Source of the DNA: Trueperaceae bacterium
GTDB lineage: Bacteria; Deinococcota; Deinococci; Deinococcales; Trueperaceae
Direction: 5' to 3'
Length of the DNA stretch: 64,000 nucleotides
Assembly: GCA_965213925.1 (NCBI GenBank)
Contig: OZ243927.1
Span: forward strand, 2,240,001 to 2,304,000
Shown here: positions 31,277 to 42,699 of the stretch, one piece after another
Numbering within the stretch: the first letter of the stretch is position 1
Layout of the letters: each line of letters begins with the position of its first letter
Notes under the pieces: generated by a model
Seen by the model: only the letters and a program-made list of their open reading frames with translations
Told to the model about the DNA's origin: nothing
Database searches by the model: none
Program-made: the position numbers and the translations under genes

Positions 31277-31832
31277 ACTGCGCCTCTTGGTCCCGAAACT
31301 CGTTCTGGCACACTGCGCTATCACAGAGGGCTTCGTAGTCGGTGAGGTTGAAATTCATGCGGACGTTCTCGGCGTGGTTTTGCCCCAAACCGTCTCCTGT
31401 ATAGTCCAAAATCGGCACCTCGAACTTACCCTCCGCTTGGTCGATGACCACCTGGCGCTCCTCGCCCGCTTGCATGGTGAGGTCCCAGTTGGCTTCGACA
31501 AGGTGCACGAGCATCTGCTCGCCGCGCAAGTTGTCTTCGGTGTCGATGACGACCTCGTCGGACTGCAAGGTGAAGTCGGTCGCGCCGTCCACCGTACGGC
31601 GGGCGTCGTCCACGCTGTAGAGCGTGGTTTCGCCGACCACTGGGTCGTAGTCCACGCTGTCGGCGTCGAAGTACCAGACGGCTTCGGGGTCGGCTTGCGG
31701 GTAGAGGGTGACGCGGGCGTCACTCAGCTCGATGACCTCGCCGGGTACGGCGCGTTCTTCTTGCGGCAAGAGCGCGACGACGAGAAGGCCAACGACGGTG
31801 AGCGCCAGGGCGATAGCGGTAAGTCTAAGCAC
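31275..31832 (-). CDS. LptC-like membrane-anchored beta-jellyroll protein
   Basis: Single N-terminal TM helix then a beta-rich domain ('W.F.A..V.YD'); first gene of the LptA-like cluster. Confidence 0.6.
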   Translation of the reverse strand: MLRLTAIALALTVVGLLVVALLPQEERAVPGEVIELSDARVTLYPQADPEAVWYFDADSVDYDPVVGETTLYSVDDARRTVDGATDFTLQSDEVVIDTEDNLRGEQMLVHLVEANWDLTMQAGEERQVVIDQAEGKFEVPILDYTGDGLGQNHAENVRMNFNLTDYEALCDSAVCQNEFRDQEAQ

Positions 31833-31899
31833 CCTCCCAATGTAGCAGTTCGGGGCGGTGAGAAGCGTGACATGACGTTAAAGATTTGTCCTGTGAACC

Positions 31900-31928
31900 T
31901 TTACACATCGCGCAAGCTGTGCTAGTAT
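31900..31928 (+). promoter_or_regulatory. Putative sigma70 promoter of rpoD
   Basis: TTTACA-N17-TAGTAT with TG extension. Confidence 0.55.
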
Positions 31929-32077
31929 AAGAATTTGCTGTGTAGACTACACGCTCGAGCTTCATGTTGCCTTACACTAGAAAGAGCGTGAAGACGCCTA
32001 TTCTTAATATCCCTTTTCACAACCCGCCAGACAACTAGGTTTGTGTAACCTTATGGCTACCCTCTCGAGGAGGCGTA

Positions 32078-33439
<1,362 letters not shown>

Positions 33440-33467
33440 GTTCTGACAGATAGCGCGAAAAGCGGTG

Positions 33468-33500
33468 TAAGGGCGAGTTCCAAACTCGCCCTTATTTATT
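33468..33500 (+). terminator. rpoD terminator
   Basis: TAAGGGCGAGTT-CCA-AACTCGCCCTTA followed by TTTATT. Confidence 0.8.
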
Positions 33501-33503
33501 AAG

Positions 33504-33695
33504 TACACTGTCAGCTAAAAAATGATTCATGTCATTCTGAGCGTAGTGACAGCGAAGTGAAAGAATCTCTGCATTCGCCTTCTCCCTCTGCGAGAGATTG
33601 AGGGGCGAGACCCCTCGACTGCGCTGCGCTCCGCAAGGCTACGCCCGACTACGTGAACGGGGTGACAACAGCGTTATAAAATTAGTTGACAGAGT
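33504..33695 (+). mobile_element. MITE family A, copy 2
   Basis: Ends TACACTGTCAG / TTGACAGAGT; TTAAG on both sides (33499-33503 and 33696-33700); GTCATTCTGAGCG..GAAGTGAAAGAATCTCTGC core. Confidence 0.8.
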
Positions 33696-33943
33696 TTAAG
33701 TGCTCTGTTAGCTAATTCCTACTACGTACTCTCTCGTAACCCCGAGTGGGGCGATGCTCAGCGTAGCGCTAAGGCGAAACCGTCCAGTCTACAACTAGGT
33801 GCGTGAGTAGCGCCTAGCTAGGCGCAATTATCGCTAGCGTGCTCCTGCGGTGACGGCTGAGTTGACCGACTATCTTTGGTCGGTAAGAGAACTACTGCCC
33901 TGCCCCGCTTATCCGATTCGAGGTCGGGGATGATCTCGAGGCA

Positions 33944-34636
33944 CTACCAAAGCGTTCGTGACAGAAGAAATTCACGCAGTTGGGCGACCGAGGCAACCTC
34001 TTTGGTCGGTCTATAGTCGCCGTAGCCGTGCTCAAACCTAAGCTGTTCGGGCAATCTGAGCCGTACGCTCTGCCAGCCTAACTGAGCGGGCGCGTCGAAG
34101 TCTTTGCTCGGATTATCGCCTACGTAAATGAGGCTTTCAGGCGGCAACGCCAGCGCCTCGCTCACCGCTTCGAACGCTCGAGGATGAGGCTTCCAGAAGT
34201 CCTTGCCCCACGTGTCGGTCAGGACAACAGCGTCGGCGTAGTGCTCTAAGCGTAGCGCGTCAGCCTTGGCGCGTTGGCTCACATAAGGTCCGTCGGTAAT
34301 GACGCCTAGCGGGACGCCTTCGGACTGAAGCTCGAGCATGAGCCCCTCCATCTCCGGCAAGAGGTCGATCGTCGGCGCATGCTCTCTATAAATTGTGACG
34401 AAGTCCGAAATGGTGAACGACGCGCCGAGTTCGGGATAGCGTGCGAGCAGTTCGTTGAACGTCGTTCCCCGCGTGCCCGCTTTGAAGTGGCCCCACAGCA
34501 ACGCGAAGGCGTCCTCCTCGGGGACGTCCGTTTGCTCGGCCACCGTAACCGCCACCGCCTGAAAGCCGCTCTTTACGTAGTCACGCTCGAAGTAGAGTGT
34601 GTCGTCCATGTCGAAAACGACGCCTAGCTTGCGCAT
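33944..34636 (-). CDS. HAD family hydrolase
   Basis: FDMDDTL, ITDG, KP.P and YVGDN..KD. Confidence 0.92.
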   Translation of the reverse strand: MRKLGVVFDMDDTLYFERDYVKSGFQAVAVTVAEQTDVPEEDAFALLWGHFKAGTRGTTFNELLARYPELGASFTISDFVTIYREHAPTIDLLPEMEGLMLELQSEGVPLGVITDGPYVSQRAKADALRLEHYADAVVLTDTWGKDFWKPHPRAFEAVSEALALPPESLIYVGDNPSKDFDAPAQLGWQSVRLRLPEQLRFEHGYGDYRPTKEVASVAQLREFLLSRTLW

Positions 34637-34637
34637 G

Positions 34638-35606
34638 TCAAACGGACCATAAGGGCTCGGCGGTAAAGTACTCCGTGTTGTAGCGCGTCATGTAGAGCCC
34701 GACCTGATATTCGCCGAAACGCTCGGGAACGCTTTCCCCTCGCAGCATCGCCATGAGCCAGTCGGGATACTTGCCACCCGCCGCATACGCCAGCGGAAAT
34801 CCGCCGCCAAAACGCGGGTTGACCTCGGTCAAGACGGGTCCGCGCTCGCTTAAAAACGCTTGCAGCGTCACCGCGCCTCTCGCCCCGAGGTCGGCGATGA
34901 CGCGCAGCACTCCGATGAGCCAGTCGCGCAAGTCGTCGTCGGGCAGGGTAATCCCCTGAATCGACTCGCCCGCGAGCGTGCGAATGCGCCGCCTCGGGAC
35001 GTAGTGGAGCGGTTTGCCCGCGAGGTCTAAAAGCGCGTCAATAGTGATCTCGTGCCCGCGCAGTTCCTCTTGGATGATCGCGTTTGGCACACGCGGCAAG
35101 TAGTGCTCTAACTCGCCCGTCGGCACGCTGTAGATGTCGCGGCTGGCGCTGCCGTCTCTGGGTTTCACAAAGAGGTGCTCGGGCAACTCGTCGGCGTTGT
35201 AATGCTCCGGTAACCAAGACAGCGCGGTGTCCACACCCTTCTCCGCGAACGCCTTGTAGGTCAGCCATTTATCGCCACAAATGTCGATGAACGCGGGCTT
35301 TGAGATGAGCGCGGTCGCGCCGACCTCTCTAAAAGCGTCCGCATTTTCCGCCAAAACCGCGAGTTCTGTGTCAATCGTCGGGACGATGAGCTTAATCTGA
35401 TGCTCTTGCGCGAGCGACACGAGGCGCGGGATGTACTCGTCGCTGTCCACGCGGGGCAGTGGCACCCCTTCATGAGCAAGATAGAGCGCGGGCGCGAGGC
35501 TGCTCAGGTCGCCCGCGATAACTTTGCCGCCCGCCGCCTCCGCGACCTTGACAAACGCTTGCACTAGCGATGTTCTGCGTCCGGCGCTCGTAACGAGTAC
35601 GTTCAT
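34638..35606 (-). CDS. ATP-grasp protein (short carbamoyl-phosphate-synthase-like family)
   Basis: NVLVTSAGRR, VPTID.EL, DKW.T, KPR.GSAS and EVNPRFGGGFP; likely start at ATG 35606. Confidence 0.88.
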   Translation of the reverse strand: MNVLVTSAGRRTSLVQAFVKVAEAAGGKVIAGDLSSLAPALYLAHEGVPLPRVDSDEYIPRLVSLAQEHQIKLIVPTIDTELAVLAENADAFREVGATALISKPAFIDICGDKWLTYKAFAEKGVDTALSWLPEHYNADELPEHLFVKPRDGSASRDIYSVPTGELEHYLPRVPNAIIQEELRGHEITIDALLDLAGKPLHYVPRRRIRTLAGESIQGITLPDDDLRDWLIGVLRVIADLGARGAVTLQAFLSERGPVLTEVNPRFGGGFPLAYAAGGKYPDWLMAMLRGESVPERFGEYQVGLYMTRYNTEYFTAEPLWSV

Positions 35607-35739
35607 AGATAACCTCTCAACTTCGACCTTTTTCCGCGTAAAGATGACGCACAGAAAGATGTGGACTCGGGCAGATGTGCCCTCTCTAGCAAAATTCAAT
35701 CACGCGGAGGCGTTTACGCTTGTTAGTAACCTCATAGTG

Positions 35740-35790
35740 ATACAAGGTTGCATAACTTTGTTTGCAAACAAAGTTATGCCCATCTGTGAT
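35740..35790 (+). repeat. Palindromic repeat family D, copy 1
   Basis: Perfect 30-bp palindrome GCATAACTTTGTTTGCAAACAAAGTTATGC at 35750-35779 plus tail CCATCTGTGAT. Confidence 0.8.
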
Positions 35791-35857
35791 GGGATGTAAA
35801 CTCGGCGCAACTCGCTAGCCTAAAGGCTGAATTACTGAAAAGTTCTAACGCTCTAAG

Positions 35858-36041
35858 TACACTGTCAACAAAGTATTGATACCTCTTATATGTCACCCTG
35901 TTCACGCAGTCAGACGAAGTCCGGCGAAGGCGTAAGGGTCTCGTCTTGCAATCTCGGCTGGTTGAGATTGCAAGACGAGATTCTTTCACTTCACTTCGTT
36001 ACGTTCAGAATGACATGGCTTATTGTTTAGCTAACAGAGTA
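35858..36041 (-). mobile_element. MITE family A, copy 3 (inverted)
   Basis: Ends TACACTGTCAA / CTAACAGAGTA; internal GAGATTCTTTCACTTC..CGTTCAGAATGACA is the reverse complement of the core; flanks CTAAG/GCAAG match only partly. Confidence 0.78.
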
Positions 36042-36123
36042 GCAAGAGGTCATAGTCTCTTTTAGCGCAACAGAAAGAGGCAAGGTTGAAGCCTTGCCTC
36101 TTGAGGCCTTACACCTTCACCCC

Positions 36124-36747
36124 TCACTTAGCCGAGAGATAGCCCCTCTGCTCCAACTCGGCGATGATTTTCGCCGCGCTCTCCTCCGCGCTCTCGTCGG
36201 CGGTGTGAATCGTGATTTCCGGGTTATCCGGCGCTTCGTAGGGGTCGTCGATGCCCGTGAAGTTCTTGATTTCGCCTGCCCGCGCCTTTTTATAGAGCCC
36301 TTTCGGGTCGCGCGCTTCGCAGACCTCTAAGGGCGTGTCCACGAAAATCTCGACGAATTCGCCCGCGTCCATGAGCCCCCGCACCATCTCGCGGTCGCTC
36401 TTATAAGGCGAGATGAAGGCGGTCAAGACGATGAGCCCTGCGTCCGTAAAGAGCTTCGCGCTCTCCCCGATGCGGCGGATATTCTCCACGCGGTCATCAC
36501 TGCTGAAGCCTAAGTCTTTATTCAAACCGTGGCGGACGTTGTCACCGTCTAAGAGGTAGGTGTGGTGTCCGAGTTCGAACAGTGCGCCCTCTAGTACGTT
36601 CGCCACCGTCGACTTGCCCGAGCCCGAGAGCCCCGTGAACCACAAGATGCAGGGCTTTTGCCCCTTCTTGTTCGCCCGCTCGTCCTTGCTGACTTTAGAT
36701 TCGTGCCAGGTGATGTTCGTCGCTTTTTGTCCTTTGGTTTGCGCCAT
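36124..36747 (-). CDS. cysC: Adenylyl-sulfate kinase
   Basis: [36 protein letters not shown] and FTGID.PYE. Confidence 0.96.
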   Translation of the reverse strand: MAQTKGQKATNITWHESKVSKDERANKKGQKPCILWFTGLSGSGKSTVANVLEGALFELGHHTYLLDGDNVRHGLNKDLGFSSDDRVENIRRIGESAKLFTDAGLIVLTAFISPYKSDREMVRGLMDAGEFVEIFVDTPLEVCEARDPKGLYKKARAGEIKNFTGIDDPYEAPDNPEITIHTADESAEESAAKIIAELEQRGYLSAK

Positions 36748-36749
36748 GC

Positions 36750-37907
36750 TCACGCCTCCTGATACGCATTCATAAGAATTTTAGCGACTTCGGGGCGGCT
36801 GAATTCGGCGGGCGGCATCTGCCCGTTAGAGAGCATCTCGCGCACCTTGGTGCCGGATAAGAACACGCGGTCTTGCGCGCCGTGCGGACAGGTCTTCGAC
36901 GAGCCCATCTGCTCGCACTTCTTGCAGTAGAAGGAGTGCTCGAAGTTGAGCGTGGCGATCTCGAGTTCGTCTCGGCTGAATTCCTCAAAAATCTTTTGCG
37001 CGTCGTACGTGCCGTAGTAGTCACCGACGCCCGCGTGGTCACGCCCGACAATGAAATGTGTGCAGCCGTAGTTCTGTCGCGAAATCGCGTGCAAAATAGC
37101 CTCGCGGGGTCCGGCGTAGCGCATGGCGGCGGGGTACGTCCCTAAGAAGACGCGCCCATCAGGATAGTAGTCATCCAGGATGACGTTGTAGCACCGCATC
37201 CGCACGTCGGCGGGGATGTCGTCGGACTTCGTCGTGCCGACGAGAGGGTTGATGAAAAGCCCGTCGACGATCTCTAACGCCACTTTCGTCAGGTACTCGT
37301 GCGCTCTATGGATCGGGTTGCGCGTCTGAAAAGCGACCACCGTGTTCCAGCCGCGCTCCGCGAACGCATCCCGCGTTTCTTGCGGCGTGAAGCTCACCTC
37401 TTGAAACTCGCTCTTAGGCAGGTCGTGAATCAGGCTAATCGGACCACCCAAGTAAACCGCGCCCGCCTCCATAATTGCTTGCACGCCGGGGTGAGCACTG
37501 TCCGAGGTTCCGTAAACTTGCTCCGCTTCGTGCGTCTGATCGGGCTGATATTTGTCGGTCACTTCCATGAGAGCTAAGATATCGCCGTTCGGACCTGCGA
37601 GCGCGACCTCTTGACCTTGGGAGACGACGTCGTCCTCAGAAACCTGCAACGTGATGGGAATGCTCCAAGCTGCGCCGCTCGCCAAACGCATAGAACCGAC
37701 GACGCTTTTGTAGTCGGCTTCGCTCACAAAGCCCTCTAGGGGGCTGTAAACGCCCGTGGCGAGGCACTCTAAGTCTGCTAAATTCCGTTCGCTCAGCGTG
37801 AGGCGCGGCAGCGACGAGGCGCGGTTTTGCGCCTTTTGGCGCTCGTCGCCCTCGAGCCGGCGGTTCACCAGCGTGCCGCCGTGAGGTTGGATCAGTTGAT
37901 TGGACAT
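36750..37907 (-). CDS. sat: Sulfate adenylyltransferase
   Basis: [44 protein letters not shown] and LSGT.VR. Confidence 0.96.
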   Translation of the reverse strand: MSNQLIQPHGGTLVNRRLEGDERQKAQNRASSLPRLTLSERNLADLECLATGVYSPLEGFVSEADYKSVVGSMRLASGAAWSIPITLQVSEDDVVSQGQEVALAGPNGDILALMEVTDKYQPDQTHEAEQVYGTSDSAHPGVQAIMEAGAVYLGGPISLIHDLPKSEFQEVSFTPQETRDAFAERGWNTVVAFQTRNPIHRAHEYLTKVALEIVDGLFINPLVGTTKSDDIPADVRMRCYNVILDDYYPDGRVFLGTYPAAMRYAGPREAILHAISRQNYGCTHFIVGRDHAGVGDYYGTYDAQKIFEEFSRDELEIATLNFEHSFYCKKCEQMGSSKTCPHGAQDRVFLSGTKVREMLSNGQMPPAEFSRPEVAKILMNAYQEA

Positions 37908-38069
37908 GATGTTCTCCTAATCGTGTTGGAAGCTGATGTGTGAAAAAGACGGGTAAACCCATAGACACAAGCGGGAGTATACCCAATAAACTCGAAGAAT
38001 GTAGGAAAACGCGCACGTTTTGTTCGGTCGGTTTTGAAGCTCGAGCGACTGCGAGTGCGCGTTTAGAGC

Positions 38070-38906
38070 TTAGGGTTGTGAGGCGGCGTCGTGAACCAAG
38101 TCGTAGAACCTCGGCACCTGCGCCGCGATGACCTCCGCTCGGCTGCGCCACGCAAAGGTAGGACCGACGCCGCCGTACTCGAACGCCACCGTGTGCGGTT
38201 CGCCCCACGCGCCCGCTCGGATATGGTCGAAGGCTCCCTCGGTCAGCGTCCAGTCGAACTCGGTCAGCGGCAAGTGGTCGCTCAGCTCACCTTGGTGAAA
38301 CTGGATGCCGGTGAGGTGCAGCTCTCTAAGGCGCTGCACCGGCAGCGCCGCTAGATAGCTCTCGGTCGTCACCCCCGCCTCCTCGACCTCCAGGTAGTGC
38401 GCGCTGATGCGGGCGTGCGAGAGGTCGAGCAGCAAGCCGCAGCCCGTCTCTTCTAATACGGTGGAGATGACACTCGGTTGCACGCAGGGGCGAAGAACGT
38501 CCCATTGGTGTCCCCGATAGATGACGTTCTCCGCGATGACGCGCTCCGCGCCGACGTGCTGCGCCACGTAGCGAACGTCCCCAATCAACCGCTCGGTGAT
38601 CCTCTCGACGTCTTGTGGGTCTCCTGTATTCACCGCCATCTCGGGGTAAACCTCCGCTGTAACCTCCAAGTGCACGTTCACGAAGGGCGTGTTCGTTACG
38701 TTTAACACCCTTTCGACCTCCCCCCAGTCCGTCTCGCGCAGTGAGGGATGCCCCGCGACGAGCGGAAAGTGGACGTATACGGGCGCGAGCGCGGACGCCT
38801 CGGCGATCAGCTCGGACCAGTTGGGACATTTGAAGAGGTCGATGTCGATGTTGCCCCGGCGCAAGAGGTCAGCGGCTTGAGGGGAGTAGTTGATGGCGAA
38901 ATTCAT
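38070..38906 (-). CDS. DUF692 family multinuclear non-heme iron enzyme (MNIO)
   Basis: TIM-barrel metal-ligand series VHF, VHL, AENV, LLLDLSHA, ELHLTG, SDH and FEYG; likely start ATG 38906, 7 nt after TATGCT. Confidence 0.8.
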   Translation of the reverse strand: MNFAINYSPQAADLLRRGNIDIDLFKCPNWSELIAEASALAPVYVHFPLVAGHPSLRETDWGEVERVLNVTNTPFVNVHLEVTAEVYPEMAVNTGDPQDVERITERLIGDVRYVAQHVGAERVIAENVIYRGHQWDVLRPCVQPSVISTVLEETGCGLLLDLSHARISAHYLEVEEAGVTTESYLAALPVQRLRELHLTGIQFHQGELSDHLPLTEFDWTLTEGAFDHIRAGAWGEPHTVAFEYGGVGPTFAWRSRAEVIAAQVPRFYDLVHDAASQP

Positions 38907-39028
38907 GAGGTTTAGCATAGATCAAATCACACACCTTGCGACCGATTCTCTGATTTGTTAAATTATTCACAGGAGTTATACGGAATTGCACAGCTTACTT
39001 ACCCTAACTGAGGGCGTTAGAGCTTACT

Positions 39029-39081
39029 ATCACAGATAGGCATGACTTTGTTTTGCAAACTAAAGTCATGCAACCTCGTAT
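39029..39081 (-). repeat. Palindromic repeat family D, copy 2
   Basis: Reverse strand ATACGAGGTTGCATGACTTTAGTTTGCAAAACAAAGTCATGCCTATCTGTGAT aligns with 35740-35790. Confidence 0.8.
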
Positions 39082-39586
39082 TATCATGTGCGCATTCTTT
39101 ACACTTTGCTCGTCCCCTTCGTCTTGAACACCGCAGGCGATATCGACCCCGACTGCGGTGTCACGCCTTAGTGAGGCTGACGGCAAGCTGCGCGCACGGG
39201 GTAGGTGCGTATGTCCGGACCAAAGGGACGGTAGCGAGTCTGAATTCCTTCGTTTGCCACCCGCTAGAAACCGCGTCGCAGGCGCGACGAAAGGTATAGT
39301 CCTCGAATTCGCCGCGTCAGTCACACGAATTCCACTTCATTTCACCGAGAAAAAGCCTCGGCGATAGTCCATACGCTCCATCCGTTTTGCTTCTAGCAAA
39401 AACGTTGTAATTCGCTATAGCGAAAACTATATAAATGTTCGTTCCTACTCATACCGTTTCCGGGTAATTCCTATGGGAATTACCCCGAGCGAAGTAGCCT
39501 TCAGCAGGGGGTATTGACTGGTCATAGACGTGCATAGATAACGGGACGCTACCCCCTGCTGAAAGCTCCTTAGCGAGTAGAAAAAG

Positions 39587-39707
39587 TACGGATTCCGATG
39601 ATTACGGAAGCAACGACGAAGGAGTTTATGCAGTAATCATCGGAATCTGTATCATTACGTTTGGATTGATTCGCCTACCTTCATGCGCGAATCAGTCGGA
39701 ATCCGTA
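39587..39707. mobile_element. MITE-like family B, two adjacent copies (39587-39651 and 39656-39707)
   Basis: TACGGATTCCGATGATTAC / GTAATCATCGGAATCTGTA (18 of 19 inverted match); the second copy ends GCGAATCAGTCGGAATCCGTA. Confidence 0.75.
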
Positions 39708-39853
39708 TCACCGCAGGGACAAGCTCGAGCGGCGAGCGACGCCGCTGGCGATAGGTGGCGGCGTCCTTGGGCAAGGTTCACATTCCCAAACATCCTCTCG
39801 GTAGGGTAGAATACAAACGTGATTAACTTCACATCGAGTGATTAGGAGGCAGA

Positions 39854-42197
39854 GTGAAACGTTATCTTTTTTTGTTGGTCGCTCTCGTTACCCTGCTAGT
39901 AGCGTGTGGCGAGAGTACCCCGACCCCAACGCCCAACCCCCCATCCGAACCCGTTGTTCCGCCACCGCCGAGTGGTGGGGGCGAACTGGTCGGCACAGTG
40001 ACCGCGCCAGCTGGCGGTGACGTGGCGCAGACGGAACTCATCGCTTGTTTTCTCGAGGCGAGTCAGTGCAACCCGTACTCGCCCAACACGCAGGCTACAG
40101 TAATCGGCGCAGCCGGACCCTCAGGCAGCTTTAGCTTCCTCTAATTTGGTGGCGGGTCAATACCTCATCGTCGCCGTTAAAGACATGAACGGCAACGCGC
40201 AGTTCGACGCAGGTGACTATGTGGGTTGCTACGGCACCTATCCAGACTGCACCGCCGCCACCCCGCCGCAGTCCGGTCTGAATATTCAGATGACCGTCGA
40301 AGGGGGCGCACAGCCGCCCGACACGGGCTCCGGTACGGGCGCGATCTCGGGTACGCTCGTCTTCCCCGGAGGTCGCGAAGACCTCTCGAAGCGTCCAGGG
40401 GAGGACCAAGCGACGACCGAGGCGGCGCGAGCACCAGCGGAGTTCGTCGTCCAAGATATCCCTAACATGCAAGTGGGCAGGTTCGTGCCTGGTGAGGTTA
40501 TCGTCAAGTTTAAGACGGACGTGCGGGCGCAGTCGCTCTCCGTCCAGGGGTTGTCGCTGCAGCGCGCGCGAGCGGTGGGGGTCGCTAAAGCCGCGCTCTA
40601 CCGCGCGGAAGGGCTGGACGAAAGAGGCACGCTCGAGCTTATCGGTGAACTGAACGCGCGTCCCGACGTCGCTTACGCCGAGCCCAACACTATCAAAACC
40701 ATTCAAAAGACGCCCAACGACGAGTTCTACCCGTTCCAGTGGCACTACGAGGCGATGAACTTGCCCGCCGCCTGGGACATCGAGGACGGCACGAGCAGCA
40801 GCGTCATGGTCGCCGTGGTGGACTCGGGCGCGATTCCTCACCCCGATCTGCAGGGGTCGCTCCTGCCGGGTTACGACTTCGTCTCCGACCCGGCGAACGG
40901 CGGCGACGGCGACGGCTACGACCCTGACCCGACCGATATCAGCATCTATTCGGGGTGGCACGGGTCGCACGTAGCGGGCACGATCGCCGCGAGCACGAAT
41001 AACGGCGTCGGCGTCGCCGGGGTGAGCTGGGGCGCGCAGATCGTGCCGATCCGGGCGTTGGGCGACCTGGGCGGCTCCGTCGCTGATATCATCAACGCCG
41101 TGCTGTGGGCGGCGGGCGAGAGCGTCGAGGGCGTCCCCGTCAACCCTAACCCCGCGCAAGTCATCAACCTGAGTTTGGGCGGCGAAGCGCCCTGCGCCCA
41201 GATCGAGCAAGAGGCGTTCGACCGAGTGAGGGCGCTGGGTATCACCGTCGTTGTAGCGGCCGGCAACGAAGACACCGACGTGGGCTTTTCGTCGCCCGCC
41301 AACTGTGACGGCGTGATCGCGGTAGGTGCAACTGGACCTCAGAATACCCGCGCGCCCTACTCGAACTACGGAACAGGGATCGACGTGATGGCTCCGGGTG
41401 GAGACATCGACCAGACCCTGACGATCGAGGGCCAAACTGTAATCGCGGGCGTGCTGAGCACCCTCATCGATGACGCCACCGGCGAGTATGCCTACGGCTT
41501 CTACAACGGGACGTCGATGGCCGCGCCGCACATCGCGGGACTGGTCGCGCTGATGCTCTCTCAGGAGCCCGGTTTAGACCCGGATACGGTTTTGAGCCGG
41601 CTCCAAGCGAGCGCCGCGCCGCTCTCGGCGGAGGCGTGTAACCGTCCTAGCGGCGAGGAATGCGGCGCAGGGCTCGTCAACGCGGCGGCGGCTTTGGCGA
41701 GCACAGGGACGCCTCCGGACCCGACCGACCCCACGGACCCGACTGACCCGTTACCGCCTCCACCCGATACGGGCAGCGTCACCACGTTTGTCGCCGCGCT
41801 CTACTGTTTAGCGCAGTGCAGCGACTTCGATATCGACTTGTCTAATGGCGGTGAGGTGTCCGCAGAGACGCTGCAAGCGCCTTATAGCATCACCGACCTT
41901 ACGGCAGGTACGTATATCGCCGCCGCCTGGCAAGACCTCGACGGCGACGGAGCGGTGAGTTCGGGTGAGCCCTTCGGTCAACACCTCAATGCCCTGACGC
42001 TCGCGGCAGGTCAAGAGCTTGACCGGGCGGATATCTACTTGCAGCCCTTTACGCCGCAAGCGTCCGGCGCTGCCGAATCGCAAACGGCGAAGTCAGCCCT
42101 TGCTAGGGCGCTCGAGCAACGCGCCGCGCGCACCGGCGCAAGCGCAGCTTCAGAGTTTGCGTCGCAAGCTCTGAAACGTGCTCGAGGAATGGAGTAA
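39854..42197 (+). CDS. S8 subtilisin-like serine protease lipoprotein, split by a +1 frameshift at 40138-40139
   Basis: Lipobox LVAC in ORF 39854; deleting one C joins it to ORF 40146 (..FSFSNLVAGQY..); catalytic VDSG, HGSHVAG and GTSMAAPH. Confidence 0.85.
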
Positions 42198-42228
42198 CAT
42201 TTGAATTAGTTCGAGGACGGTATTACCC

Positions 42229-42273
42229 CAGGCGCGTCCGAGTCAGCATCGGCTGACTCGGACGCGCCTTTTT
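42229..42273 (+). terminator. Intrinsic terminator
   Basis: AGGCGCGTCCGAGTCAGC-ATCG-GCTGACTCGGACGCGCCT-TTTT. Confidence 0.88.
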
Positions 42274-42593
42274 ATATCGCGGTTTAGCTCAGCACGCCTC
42301 ATGCGCGACCTCTCCAAAGGCTGCGCGGCAACGAGCAAAGTTAAGGTACGGTTCTCCTGACAGCTGCGCTGCACATGCGCGCCTCACGAGGTTCGGACAT
42401 GATGAGGGAGGCTGTATGTTACGCTGGTCTCACTCACTGGAGCACGCGCAAGCGTGCGCCTCACTGCTTGGCTCTAGGCACTTCTGCACATATTCAAGCT
42501 CGGACTTCGAAAGCGGTCTTGCCGCGGCTCAGAACCGAATTGAGCCGGTCTCGCGTTTGAGAACGTCGGTTCGCGCCGCAAAAACTATAAGAT

Positions 42594-42615
42594 TAGCACG
42601 CACTTTAGGGGATGA
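42594..42615 (-). repeat. Dispersed repeat family C, core only
   Basis: TCATC-CCCTAAA-GTGCGTGCTA on the minus strand. Confidence 0.5.
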
Positions 42616-42699
42616 GTTTTTGCTTAGCTCAAACTTAGTGACTCCAGAACACCGCATATCCGTTTGATTGCCACACCCGCTTCGCTCATGGAGGAACCG

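Noticed and set aside
37908..38069. SAM riboswitch upstream of sat
   Set aside because: No SAM-I core (ATC.AGAG..GA.GG...GCAACC) was found
39004..39367. Short ORFs as possible MNIO precursor peptides
   Set aside because: No RBS, signal peptide or repeated Cys motif; two of the three also overlap the family D palindrome
40131..41531. 466-aa antisense ORF and the many other overlapping ORFs in the track
   Set aside because: These are shadow frames of well-supported GC-rich genes; they have no motifs and are Arg/Ala-biased
42416..42667. 83-aa ORF with a GGGAGG RBS, and the 88-aa ORF 24166-24432
   Set aside because: No recognisable domain; both overlap repeat family C, and the second runs through a terminator. 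They are kept only as part of the repeat finding
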